The position numbers were made by a program, and so were the translations under genes. Shown in pieces: positions 51,201-64,000 of a stretch of 64,000 bases of DNA. The stretch comes from Auanema rhodensis. Lineage: Eukaryota > Animalia > Nematoda. The stretch spans positions 17,980,001-18,044,000 of the forward strand of contig OZ059900.1 of the NCBI GenBank assembly GCA_964057225.1, given 5' to 3'. Position 1 is the first letter of the stretch, and each line of letters begins with the position of its first letter. The notes beneath the pieces were generated by a model, which had not been told where the DNA came from, did not search any database, and worked only from the letters and a program-made list of their open reading frames with translations.

Positions 51201-54200
51201 GAGAAATACTGTGTTTTTGTATTTTTCTAGTGTTCAGCATGTGAAATGCTTCATTTTAGTATGTAACACGCTGAAATTCGTTGCATTTGACGACTCATAT
51301 GAACAAAAATCGATTTAATCAATATTAGCCATAAGGGGCGTGCCCTCAGAATATGCTAATTTCCTTAATTTTCTAACCCCTGTTTTTTTGTCGTGAAAGT
51401 GGAACTAGACGTTGTAGGAACAATTTTGAGCTAGGTTTCATTGACATTGCATGAGTTTGAACACATGAAATCGTAAGTCAAAACCTTGTTTACAGCGAAA
51501 ATTCCAAAAACTGGTTTTCCAGCATAATAAAATATTTCTCATGAGAAATACTGTGTTTTTGTATTTTTCTAGTGTTCAGCATGTAAAATGCTTCATTTTA
51601 GTATGTAACACGCTGAAATTCGTTGCATTTGAAGACTCATATGAACAAAAATCGATTTAATCAATATTAGCCATAAGGGGCGTGCCCTCAGAATATGCTA
51701 ATTTCCTTAATTTTCTAACCCCTGTTTTTTGTCGTGAAAGTGGAACTAGACGTTGTAGGAACAATTTTGAGCTAGGTTTCATTGACATTGCATGAGTTTG
51801 AACACATGAAATCGTAAGTCAAAACCTTGTTTACAGCGAAATTTCCAAAAACTGGTTTTCCAGCATAATAAAATATTTCTCATGGGAAATACTGTGTTTT
51901 TGTATTTTTCTAGTGTTCAGCATGTAAAATACTTCATTTTAGTATGTAACACGCTGAAATTCGTTGCATTTGACGACTCATATGAACAAAAATCGATTTA
52001 ATCAATATTAGCCATAAGGGGCGTGCCCTCAGAATATGCTAATTTCCTAAATTTTCTAACCCCTGTTTTTTTGTCGTGAAAGTGGAACTAGACGTTGTAG
52101 GAACAATTTTGAGCTAGGTTTCATTGACATTGCATGAGTTTGAACACATGAAATCGTAAGTCAAAACCTTGTTTACAGCGAAATTTCCAAAAACTGGTTT
52201 TCCAGCATAATAAAATATTTCTCATGGGAAATACTGTGTTTTTGTATTTTTCTAGTGTTCAGCATGTGAAATGCTTCATTTTAGTATGTAACACGCTGAA
52301 ATTCGTTGCATTTGACGACTCATATGAACAAAAATCGATTTAATCAATATTAGCCATAAGCGGCGTGCCCTCAGAATATGCTAATTTCCTTAATTTTCTA
52401 ACCCCGGTTTTTTTGTCGTGAAAGTGGAATTAGACGTTGTAGGAACAATTTTGAGCTAGGTTTCATTGACATTGCATGAGTTTGAACACATGAAATCGTA
52501 AGTCAAAACCTTGTTTACAGCGAAATTTCCAAAAACTGGTTTTCCAGCATAATAAAATATTTCTCATGGGAAATACTGTGTTTTTGTATTTTTCTAGTGT
52601 TCAGCATGTAGAATGCTTCATTTTAGTATGTAACACGCTGAAATTCGTTGCATTTGACGACTCATATGAACAAAAATCGATTTAATCAATATTAGCCATA
52701 AGGGGCGTGCCCTCAGAATATGCTAATTTCCTTAATTTTCTAACCCCTGTTTTTTTGTCGTGAAAGTGGAACTAGACGTTGTAGGAACAATTTTGAGCTA
52801 GGTTTCATTGACATTGCATGAGTTTGAACACATGAAATCGTAAGTCAAAACCTTGTTTACAGCGAAATTTCCAAAAACTGGTTTTCCAGCATAATAAAAT
52901 ATTTCTCATGGGAAATACTGTGTTTTTGTATTTTTCTAGTGTTCAGCATGTAAAATGCTTCATTTTAGTATGTAACACGCTGAAATTCGTTGCATTTGAC
53001 GACTCATATGAACAAAAATCGATTTAATCAATATTAGCCATAAGGGGCGTGCCCTCAGAATATGCTAATTTCCTTAATTTTCTAACCCCTGTTTTTTTGT
53101 CGTGAAAGTGGAATTAGACGTTGTAGGAACAATTTTGAGCTAGGTTTCATTGACATTGCATGAGTTTGAACGCATGAAATCGTAAGTCAAAACCTTGTTT
53201 ACAGCGAAATTTCCAAAAACTGGTTTTCCAGCATAATAAAATATTTCTCATGGGAAATACTGTGTTTTTGTATTTTTCTAGTGTTCAGCATGTAGAATGC
53301 TTCATTTTAGTATGTAACACGCTGAAATTCGTTGCATTTGACGACTCATATGAACAAAAATCGATTTAATCAATATTAGCCATAAGGGGCGTGCCCTCAG
53401 AATATGCTAATTTCCTTAATTTTCTAACCCCTGTTTTTTTGTCGTGAAAGTGGAACTAGACGTTGTAGGAACAATTTTGAGCTAGGTTTCATTGACATTG
53501 CATGAGTTTGAACACATGAAATCGTAAGTCAAAACCTTGTTTACAGCGAAATTTCCAAAAACTGGTTTTCCAGCATAATAAAATATTTCTCATGGGAAAT
53601 ACTGTGTTTTTGTATTTTTCTAGTGTTCAGCATGTAAAATGCTTCATTTTAGTATGTAACACGCTGAAATTCGTTGCATTTGACGACTCATATGAACAAA
53701 AATCGATTTAATCAATATTAGCCATAAGGGGCGTGCCCTCAGAATATGCTAATTTCCTTAATTTTCTAACCCCTGTTTTTTTGTCGTGAAAGTGGAATTA
53801 GACGTTGTAGGAACAATTTTGAGCTAGGTTTCATTGACATTGCATGAGTTTGAACGCATGAAATCGTAAGTCAAAACCTTGTTTACAGCGAAATTTCCAA
53901 AAACTGGTTTTCCAGCATAATAAAATATTTCTCATGGGAAATACTGTGTTTTTGTATTTTTATAGTGTTCAGCATGTAAAATGCTTCATTTTAGTATGTA
54001 ACACGCTGAAATTCGTTGCATTTGACGACTCATATGAACAAAAATCGATTTAATCAATATTAGCCATAAGGGGCGTGCCCTCAGAATATGCTAATTTCCT
54101 TAATTTTCTAACCCCGGTTTTTTTGTCGTGAAAGTGGAATTAGACGTTGTAGGAACAATTTTGAGCTAGGTTTCATTGACATTGCATGAGTTTGAACACA

Positions 54201-54376
54201 TGAAATCGTAAGTCAAAACCTTGTTTACAGCGAAATTTCCAAAAACTGGTTTTCCAGCATAATAAAATATTTCTCATGGGTATTACTGTGTTTTTGTATT
54301 TTTCTAGTGTTCAGCATGTAAAATGCTTCATTTTAGTATGTAACACGCTGAAATTCGTTGCATTTGACGACTCATA
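48222..54376. repeat. 18-monomer block, copy 2 (M142-159)
   Basis: Matches 40357-46511 marker for marker, with a handful of single-site differences. Confidence 0.88.
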
Positions 54377-56428
54377 TGAACAAAAATCGATTTAATCAAT
54401 ATTAGCCATAAGGGGCGTGCCCTCAGAATATGCTAATTTCCTTAATTTTCTAACCCCTGTTTTTTTGTCGTGAAAGTGGAACTAGACGTTGTACGAACAA
54501 TTTTGAGCTAGGTTTCATTGACATTGCATGAGTTTGAACACATGAAATCGTAAGTCAAAACCTTGTTTACAGCGAAATTTCCAAAAACTGGTTTTCCAGC
54601 ATAATAAAATATTTCTCATGGGAAATACTGTGTTTTTGTATTTTTCTAGTGTTCAGCATGTAGAATGCTTCATTTTAGTATGTAACACGCTGAAATTCGT
54701 TGCATTTGACGACTCATATGAACAAAAATCGATTTAATCAATATTAGCCATAAGGGGCGTGCCCTCAGAATATGCTAATTTCCTTAATTTTCTAACCCCT
54801 GTTTTTTTGTCGTGAAAGTGGAACTAGACGTTGTAGGAACAATTTTGAGCTAGGTTTCATTGACATTGCATGAGTTTGAACACATGAAATCGTAAGTCAA
54901 AACCTTGTTTACAGCGAAATTTCCAAAAACTGGTTTTCCAGCATAATAAAATATTTCTCATGGGAAATACTGTGTTTTTGTATTTTTCTAGTGTTCAGCA
55001 TGTAAAATGCTTCATTTTAGTATGTAACACGCTGAAATTCGTTGCATTTGACGACTCATATGAACAAAAATCGATTTAATCAATATTAGCCATAAGGGGC
55101 GTGCCCTCAGAATATGCTAATTTCCTTAATTTTCTAACCCCTGTTTTTTTGTCGTGAAAGTGGAATTAGACGTTGTAGGAACAATTTTGAGCTAGGTTTC
55201 ATTGACATTGCATGAGTTTGAACGCATGAAATCGTAAGTCAAAACCTTGTTTACAGCGAAATTTCCAAAAACTGGTTTTCCAGCATAATAAAATATTTCT
55301 CATGGGAAATACTGTGTTTTTGTATTTTTATAGTGTTCAGCATGTAAAATGCTTCATTTTAGTATGTAACACGCTGAAATTCGTTGCATTTGACGACTCA
55401 TATGAACAAAAATCGATTTAATCAATATTAGCCATAAGGGGCGTGCCCTCAGAATATGCTAATTTCCTTAATTTTCTAACCCCGGTTTTTTTGTCGTGAA
55501 AGTGGAATTAGACGTTGTAGGAACAATTTTGAGCTAGGTTTCATTGACATTGCATGAGTTTGAACACATGAAATCGTAAGTCAAAACCTTGTTTACAGCG
55601 AAATTTCCAAAAACTGGTTTTCCAGCATAATAAAATATTTCTCATGGGAAATACTGTGTTTTTGTATTTTTCTAGTGTTCAGCATGTAAAATGCTTCATT
55701 TTAGTATGTAACACGCTGAAATTCGTTGCATTTGACGACTCATATGAACAAAATACGATTTAATCAATATTAGCCATAAGGGGCGTGCCCTCAGAATATG
55801 CTAATTTCCTTAATTTTCTAACCCCTGTTTTTTTGTCGTGAAAGTGGAACTAGACGTTGTACAAACAATTTTGAGCTAGGTTTCATTGACATTGCATGAG
55901 TTTGAACACATGAAATCGTAAGTCAAAACCTTGTTTACAGCGAAATTTCCAAAAACTGGTTTTCCACCATAATAAAATATTTCTCATGAGAAATACTGTG
56001 TTTTTGTATTTTTCTAGTGTTCAGCATGTAAAATGCTTCATTTTAGTATGTAACACGCTGAAATTCGTTGCATTTGACGACTCATATGAACAAAAATCGA
56101 TTTAATCAATATTAGCCATAAGGGGCGTGCCCTCAGAATATGCTAATTTCATTAATTTTCTAACCCCTGTTTTTTTGTCGTGAAAGTGAAACTAGACGTT
56201 GTAGGAACAATTTTGAGCTAGGTTTCATTGACATTGCATGAGTTTGAACACATGAAATCGTAAGTCAAAACCTTGTTTACAGCGAAATTTCCAAAAACTG
56301 GTTTTCCAGCATAATAAAATATTTCTCATGGGAAATACTGTGTTTTTGTATTTTTCTAGTGTTCAGCATGTAAAATGCTTCATTTTAGTATGTAACACGC
56401 TGAAATTCGTTGCATTTGACGACTCATA
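52325..56428. repeat. 12-monomer block, copy 1 (M154-165); copy 2 at 59848-63951 (offset 7523 bp = 22 monomers minus 1 bp)
   Basis: Private alleles GGGTATTAC (M159, M181), TTCCACCAT (M164, M186) and GTGAAACT (M165, M187) occur only in these two blocks and in register. Confidence 0.9.
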
Positions 56429-59400
56429 TGAACAAAAATCGATTTAATCAATATTAGCCATAAGGGGCGTGCCCTCAGAATATGCTAATTTCCTTAATTT
56501 TCTAACCCCTGTTTTTTTGTCGTGAAAGTGGAACTAGACGTTGTACAAACAATTTTGAGCTAGGTTTCATTGACATTGCATGAGTTTGAACACATGAAAT
56601 CGTAAGTCAAAACCTTGTTTACAGCGAAATTTCCAAAAACTGGTTTTCCAGCATAATAAAATATTTCTCATGAGAAATACTGTGTTTTTGTATTTTTCTA
56701 GTGTTCAGCATGTAAAATGCTTCATTTTAGTATGTAACACGCTGAAATTCGTTGCATTTGACGACTCATATGAACAAAAATCGATTTAATCAATATTAGC
56801 CATAAGGGGCGTGCCCTCAGAATATGCTAATTTCCTTAATTTTCTAACCCCTGTTTTTTTGTCGTGAAAGTGGAACTAGACGTTGTAGGAACAATTCTGA
56901 GCTAGGTTTCATTGACATTGCATGAGTTTGAACACATGAAATCGTAAGTCAAAACCTTGTTTACAGCGAAATTTCCATAAACTGGTTTTCCAGCATAATA
57001 AAATATTTCTCATGGGAAATACTGTGTTTTTGTATTTTTCTAGTGTTCAGCATGTGAAATGCTTCATTTTAGTATGTAACACGCTGAAATTCGTTGCATT
57101 TGACGACTCATATGAACAAAAATCGATTTAATCAATATTAGCCATAAGGGGCGTGCCCTCAGAATATGCTAATTTCCTTAATTTTCTAACCCCTGTTTTT
57201 TTGTCGTGAAAGTGGAACTAGACGTTGTACGAACAATTTTGAGCTAGGTTTCATTGACATTGCATGAGTTTGAACACATGAAATCGTAAGTCAAAACCTT
57301 GTTTACAGCGAAATTTCCAAAAACTGGTTTTCCAGCATAATAAAATATTTCTCATGAGAAATACTGTGTTTTTGTATTTTTCTAGTGTTCAGCATGTGAA
57401 ATGCTTCATTTTAGTATGTAACACGCTGAAATTCGTTGCATTTGACGACTCATATGAACAAAAATCGATTTAATCAATATTAGCCATAAGGGGCGTGCCC
57501 TCAGAATATGCTAATTTCCTTAATTTTCTAACCCCTGTTTTTTTGTCGTGAAAGTGGAACTAGACGTTGTAGGAACAATTTTGAGCTAGGTTTCATTGAC
57601 ATTGCATGAGTTTGAACACATGAAATCGTAAGTCAAAACCTTGTTTACAGCGAAAATTCCAAAAACTGGTTTTCCAGCATAATAAAATATTTCTCATGGG
57701 AAATACTGTGTTTTTGTATTTTTCTAGTGTTCAGCATGTAAAATGCTTCATTTTAGTATGTAACACGCTGAAATTCGTTGCATTTGAAGACTCATATGAA
57801 CAAAAATCGATTTAATCAATATTAGCCATAAGGGGCGTGCCCTCAGAATATGCTAATTTCCTTAATTTTCTAACCCCTGTTTTTTGTCGTGAAAGTGGAA
57901 CTAGACGTTGTAGGAACAATTTTGAGCTAGGTTTCATTGACATTGCATGAGTTTGAACACATGAAATCGTAAGTCAAAACCTTGTTTACAGCGAAATTTC
58001 CAAAAACTGGTTTTCCAGCATAATAAAATATTTCTCATGAGAAATACTGTGTTTTTGTATTTTTCTAGTGTTCAGCATGTAAAATGCTTCATTTTAGTAT
58101 GTAACACGATGAAATTCGTTGCATTTGACGACTCATATGAACAAAAATCGATTTAATCAATATTAGCCATAAGGGGCGTGCCCTCAGAATATGCTAATTT
58201 CATTAATTTTCTAACCCCGGTTTTTTTGTCGTGAAAGTGGATTTAGACGTTGTAGGAACAATTTTGAGCTAGGTTTCATTGACATTGCATGAGTTTGAAC
58301 ACATGAAATCGTAAGTCAAAACCTTGTTTACAGCGAAATTTCCAAAAACTGGTTTTCCAGCATAATAAAATATTTCTCATGGGAAATACTGTGTTTTTGT
58401 ATTTTTCTAGTGTTCAGCATGTAAAATGCTTCATTTTAGTATGTAACACGCTGAAATTCGTTGCATTTGACTACTCATATGAACAAAAATCGATTTAATC
58501 AATATTAGCCATAAGGGGCGTGCCCTCAGAATATGCTAATTTCCTTAATTTTCTAACCCCTGTTTTTTTGTCGTGAAAGTGGAACTAGACGTTGTACAAA
58601 CAATTTTGAGCTAGGTTTCATTGACATTGCATGAGTTTGAACACATGAAATCGTAAGTCAAAACCTTGTTTACAGCGAAATTTCCAAAAACTGGTTTTCC
58701 AGCATAATAAAATATTTCTCATGAGAAATACTGTGTTTTTGTATTTTTCTAGTGTTCAGCATGTAAAATGCTTCATTTTAGTATGTAACACGATGAAATT
58801 CGTTGCATTTGACGACTCATATGAACAAAAATCGATTTAATCAATATTAGCCATAAGGGGCGTGCCCTCAGAATATGCTAATTTCATTAATTTTCTAACC
58901 CCTGTTTTTTTGTCGTGAAAGTGGAACTAGACGTTGTAGGAACAATTTTGAGCTAGGTTTCATTGACATTGCATGAGTTTGAACACATGAAATCGTAAGT
59001 CAAAACCTTGTTTACAGCGAAATTTCCAAAAACTGGTTTTCCAGCATAATAAAATATTTCTCATGGGAAATACTGTGTTTTTGTATTTTTCTAGTGTTCA
59101 GCATGTAAAATGCTTCATTTTAGTATGTAACACGCTGAAATTCGTTGCATTTGACGACTCATATGAACAAAAATCGATTTAATCAATATTAGCCATAAGG
59201 GGCGTGCCCTCAGAATATGCTAATTTCCTTAATTTTCTAACCCCTGTTTTTTTGTCGTGAAAGTGGAACTAGACGTTGTACAAACAATTTTGAGCTAGGT
59301 TTCATTGACATTGCATGAGTTTGAACACATGAAATCGTAAGTCAAAACCTTGTTTACAGCGAAATTTCCAAAAACTGGTTTTCCAGCATAATAAAATATT

Positions 59401-59847
59401 TCTCATGAGAAATACTGTGTTTTTGTATTTTTCTAGTGTTCAGCATGTAAAATGCTTCATTTTAGTATGTAACACGATGAAATTCGTTGCATTTGACGAC
59501 TCATATGAACAAAAATCGATTTAATCAATATTAGCCATAAGGGGCGTGCCCTCAGAATATGCTAATTTCATTAATTTTCTAACCCCTGTTTTTTTGTCGT
59601 GAAAGTGGAACTAGACGTTGTAGGAACAATTTTGAGCTAGGTTTCATTGACATTGCATGAGTTTGAACACATGAAATCGTAAGTCAAAACCTTGTTTACA
59701 GCGAAATTTCCAAAAACTGGTTTTCCAGCATAATAAAATATTTCTCATGGGAAATACTGTGTTTTTGTATTTTTCTAGTGTTCAGCATGTGAAATGCTTC
59801 ATTTTAGTATGTAACACGCTGAAATTCGTTGCATTTGACGACTCATA

Positions 59848-62800
59848 TGAACAAAAATCGATTTAATCAATATTAGCCATAAGCGGCGTGCCCTCAGAAT
59901 ATGCTAATTTCCTTAATTTTCTAACCCCGGTTTTTTTGTCGTGAAAGTGGAATTAGACGTTGTAGGAACAATTTTGAGCTAGGTTTCATTGACATTGCAT
60001 GAGTTTGAACACATGAAATCGTAAGTCAAAACCTTGTTTACAGCGAAATTTCCAAAAACTGGTTTTCCAGCATAATAAAATATTTCTCATGGGAAATACT
60101 GTGTTTTTGTATTTTTCTAGTGTTCAGCATGTAGAATGCTTCATTTTAGTATGTAACACGCTGAAATTCGTTGCATTTGACGACTCATATGAACAAAAAT
60201 CGATTTAATCAATATTAGCCATAAGGGGCGTGCCCTCAGAATATGCTAATTTCCTTAATTTTCTAACCCCTGTTTTTTTGTCGTGAAAGTGGAACTAGAC
60301 GTTGTAGGAACAATTTTGAGCTAGGTTTCATTGACATTGCATGAGTTTGAACACATGAAATCGTAAGTCAAAACCTTGTTTACAGCGAAATTTCCAAAAA
60401 CTGGTTTTCCAGCATAATAAAATATTTCTCATGGGAAATACTGTGTTTTTGTATTTTTCTAGTGTTCAGCATGTAAAATGCTTCATTTTAGTATGTAACA
60501 CGCTGAAATTCGTTGCATTTGACGACTCATATGAACAAAAATCGATTTAATCAATATTAGCCATAAGGGGCGTGCCCTCAGAATATGCTAATTTCCTTAA
60601 TTTTCTAACCCCTGTTTTTTTGTCGTGAAAGTGGAATTAGACGTTGTAGGAACAATTTTGAGCTAGGTTTCATTGACATTGCATGAGTTTGAACGCATGA
60701 AATCGTAAGTCAAAACCTTGTTTACAGCGAAATTTCCAAAAACTGGTTTTCCAGCATAATAAAATATTTCTCATGGGAAATACTGTGTTTTTGTATTTTT
60801 CTAGTGTTCAGCATGTAGAATGCTTCATTTTAGTATGTAACACGCTGAAATTCGTTGCATTTGACGACTCATATGAACAAAAATCGATTTAATCAATATT
60901 AGCCATAAGGGGCGTGCCCTCAGAATATGCTAATTTCCTTAATTTTCTAACCCCTGTTTTTTTGTCGTGAAAGTGGAACTAGACGTTGTAGGAACAATTT
61001 TGAGCTAGGTTTCATTGACATTGCATGAGTTTGAACACATGAAATCGTAAGTCAAAACCTTGTTTACAGCGAAATTTCCAAAAACTGGTTTTCCAGCATA
61101 ATAAAATATTTCTCATGGGAAATACTGTGTTTTTGTATTTTTCTAGTGTTCAGCATGTAAAATGCTTCATTTTAGTATGTAACACGCTGAAATTCGTTGC
61201 ATTTGACGACTCATATGAACAAAAATCGATTTAATCAATATTAGCCATAAGGGGCGTGCCCTCAGAATATGCTAATTTCCTTAATTTTCTAACCCCTGTT
61301 TTTTTGTCGTGAAAGTGGAATTAGACGTTGTAGGAACAATTTTGAGCTAGGTTTCATTGACATTGCATGAGTTTGAACGCATGAAATCGTAAGTCAAAAC
61401 CTTGTTTACAGCGAAATTTCCAAAAACTGGTTTTCCAGCATAATAAAATATTTCTCATGGGAAATACTGTGTTTTTGTATTTTTATAGTGTTCAGCATGT
61501 AAAATGCTTCATTTTAGTATGTAACACGCTGAAATTCGTTGCATTTGACGACTCATATGAACAAAAATCGATTTAATCAATATTAGCCATAAGGGGCGTG
61601 CCCTCAGAATATGCTAATTTCCTTAATTTTCTAACCCCGGTTTTTTTGTCGTGAAAGTGGAATTAGACGTTGTAGGAACAATTTTGAGCTAGGTTTCATT
61701 GACATTGCATGAGTTTGAACACATGAAATCGTAAGTCAAAACCTTGTTTACAGCGAAATTTCCAAAAACTGGTTTTCCAGCATAATAAAATATTTCTCAT
61801 GGGTATTACTGTGTTTTTGTATTTTTCTAGTGTTCAGCATGTAAAATGCTTCATTTTAGTATGTAACACGCTGAAATTCGTTGCATTTGACGACTCATAT
61901 GAACAAAAATCGATTTAATCAATATTAGCCATAAGGGGCGTGCCCTCAGAATATGCTAATTTCCTTAATTTTCTAACCCCTGTTTTTTTGTCGTGAAAGT
62001 GGAACTAGACGTTGTACGAACAATTTTGAGCTAGGTTTCATTGACATTGCATGAGTTTGAACACATGAAATCGTAAGTCAAAACCTTGTTTACAGCGAAA
62101 TTTCCAAAAACTGGTTTTCCAGCATAATAAAATATTTCTCATGGGAAATACTGTGTTTTTGTATTTTTCTAGTGTTCAGCATGTAGAATGCTTCATTTTA
62201 GTATGTAACACGCTGAAATTCGTTGCATTTGACGACTCATATGAACAAAAATCGATTTAATCAATATTAGCCATAAGGGGCGTGCCCTCAGAATATGCTA
62301 ATTTCCTTAATTTTCTAACCCCTGTTTTTTTGTCGTGAAAGTGGAACTAGACGTTGTAGGAACAATTTTGAGCTAGGTTTCATTGACATTGCATGAGTTT
62401 GAACACATGAAATCGTAAGTCAAAACCTTGTTTACAGCGAAATTTCCAAAAACTGGTTTTCCAGCATAATAAAATATTTCTCATGGGAAATACTGTGTTT
62501 TTGTATTTTTCTAGTGTTCAGCATGTAAAATGCTTCATTTTAGTATGTAACACGCTGAAATTCGTTGCATTTGACGACTCATATGAACAAAAATCGATTT
62601 AATCAATATTAGCCATAAGGGGCGTGCCCTCAGAATATGCTAATTTCCTTAATTTTCTAACCCCTGTTTTTTTGTCGTGAAAGTGGAATTAGACGTTGTA
62701 GGAACAATTTTGAGCTAGGTTTCATTGACATTGCATGAGTTTGAACGCATGAAATCGTAAGTCAAAACCTTGTTTACAGCGAAATTTCCAAAAACTGGTT

Positions 62801-63951
62801 TTCCAGCATAATAAAATATTTCTCATGGGAAATACTGTGTTTTTGTATTTTTATAGTGTTCAGCATGTAAAATGCTTCATTTTAGTATGTAACACGCTGA
62901 AATTCGTTGCATTTGACGACTCATATGAACAAAAATCGATTTAATCAATATTAGCCATAAGGGGCGTGCCCTCAGAATATGCTAATTTCCTTAATTTTCT
63001 AACCCCGGTTTTTTTGTCGTGAAAGTGGAATTAGACGTTGTAGGAACAATTTTGAGCTAGGTTTCATTGACATTGCATGAGTTTGAACACATGAAATCGT
63101 AAGTCAAAACCTTGTTTACAGCGAAATTTCCAAAAACTGGTTTTCCAGCATAATAAAATATTTCTCATGGGAAATACTGTGTTTTTGTATTTTTCTAGTG
63201 TTCAGCATGTAAAATGCTTCATTTTAGTATGTAACACGCTGAAATTCGTTGCATTTGACGACTCATATGAACAAAATACGATTTAATCAATATTAGCCAT
63301 AAGGGGCGTGCCCTCAGAATATGCTAATTTCCTTAATTTTCTAACCCCTGTTTTTTTGTCGTGAAAGTGGAACTAGACGTTGTACAAACAATTTTGAGCT
63401 AGGTTTCATTGACATTGCATGAGTTTGAACACATGAAATCGTAAGTCAAAACCTTGTTTACAGCGAAATTTCCAAAAACTGGTTTTCCACCATAATAAAA
63501 TATTTCTCATGAGAAATACTGTGTTTTTGTATTTTTCTAGTGTTCAGCATGTAAAATGCTTCATTTTAGTATGTAACACGCTGAAATTCGTTGCATTTGA
63601 CGACTCATATGAACAAAAATCGATTTAATCAATATTAGCCATAAGGGGCGTGCCCTCAGAATATGCTAATTTCATTAATTTTCTAACCCCTGTTTTTTTG
63701 TCGTGAAAGTGAAACTAGACGTTGTAGGAACAATTTTGAGCTAGGTTTCATTGACATTGCATGAGTTTGAACACATGAAATCGTAAGTCAAAACCTTGTT
63801 TACAGCGAAATTTCCAAAAACTGGTTTTCCAGCATAATAAAATATTTCTCATGGGAAATACTGTGTTTTTGTATTTTTCTAGTGTTCAGCATGTAAAATG
63901 CTTCATTTTAGTATGTAACACGCTGAAATTCGTTGCATTTGACGACTCATA
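59848..63951. repeat. 12-monomer block, copy 2 (M176-187); may continue past the window end
   Basis: No differences from 52325-56428 were noticed by eye. Confidence 0.88.
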
Positions 63952-64000
63952 TGAACAAAAATCGATTTAATCAATATTAGCCATAAGGGGCGTGCCCTCA

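Larger units (their letters stand above)
1..64000. repeat. Satellite DNA tandem array, 342-bp monomer, 187 full copies plus a partial copy, single orientation; probably centromeric/pericentromeric heterochromatin
   Basis: TGAACAAAAATCGATTTAATC recurs at 1, 343, 685, 1027 ... 3421, 6841 (exact 342 period) through to 63952. 187x342 minus three 1-bp deletions gives the last start at 63952. There is no interrupting sequence. The centromeric assignment is inference from homogeneity, length and AT-richness. Confidence 0.99.

Noticed and set aside
1-64000. Giant repetitive protein-coding gene (342 is divisible by 3)
   Set aside because: All six frames contain a stop within the first 60 bp of the consensus monomer (+: TGA 1, TAA 17, TAG 27; -: TTA 16, TCA 20, CTA 57).
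1-64000. CRISPR array or variable-cassette system
   Set aside because: There are no unique spacers or hypervariable segments; the whole unit repeats, and no cas or recombinase genes are present.
1-64000. Wholly artefactual concatemer (rolling-circle or assembly loop)
   Set aside because: The variants form heritable, nested, position-dependent haplotypes rather than identical copies or random errors.

Overview
The whole 64-kb window is one uninterrupted head-to-tail satellite DNA array. It holds 187 complete copies plus a 49-bp partial copy of a 342-bp monomer (about 34% GC by my count of the consensus), all in one orientation. Copies differ from the consensus by roughly 0-5 substitutions, and there are only three 1-bp deletions. 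I found no genes, RNA genes, transposon remnants, CRISPR spacers or unique sequence, and all six frames hit a stop in every monomer. It looks like a young, highly homogenised eukaryotic (peri)centromeric or heterochromatic satellite; I cannot assign species or family. The information lies in the variant pattern, read by eye. That pattern shows nested block duplications (11-, 16-, 18- and 12-monomer blocks), recurring 2-3-monomer modules and a switch of variant sets at about 36-39 kb. The monomer is also dense in dyad symmetries, and one common haplotype perfects two palindromes. I see no support for a novel protein-coding system. Monomer Mn starts at 342(n-1)+1, minus 1 after each deletion in M129, M152 and M170; 'pos' means position within the monomer.
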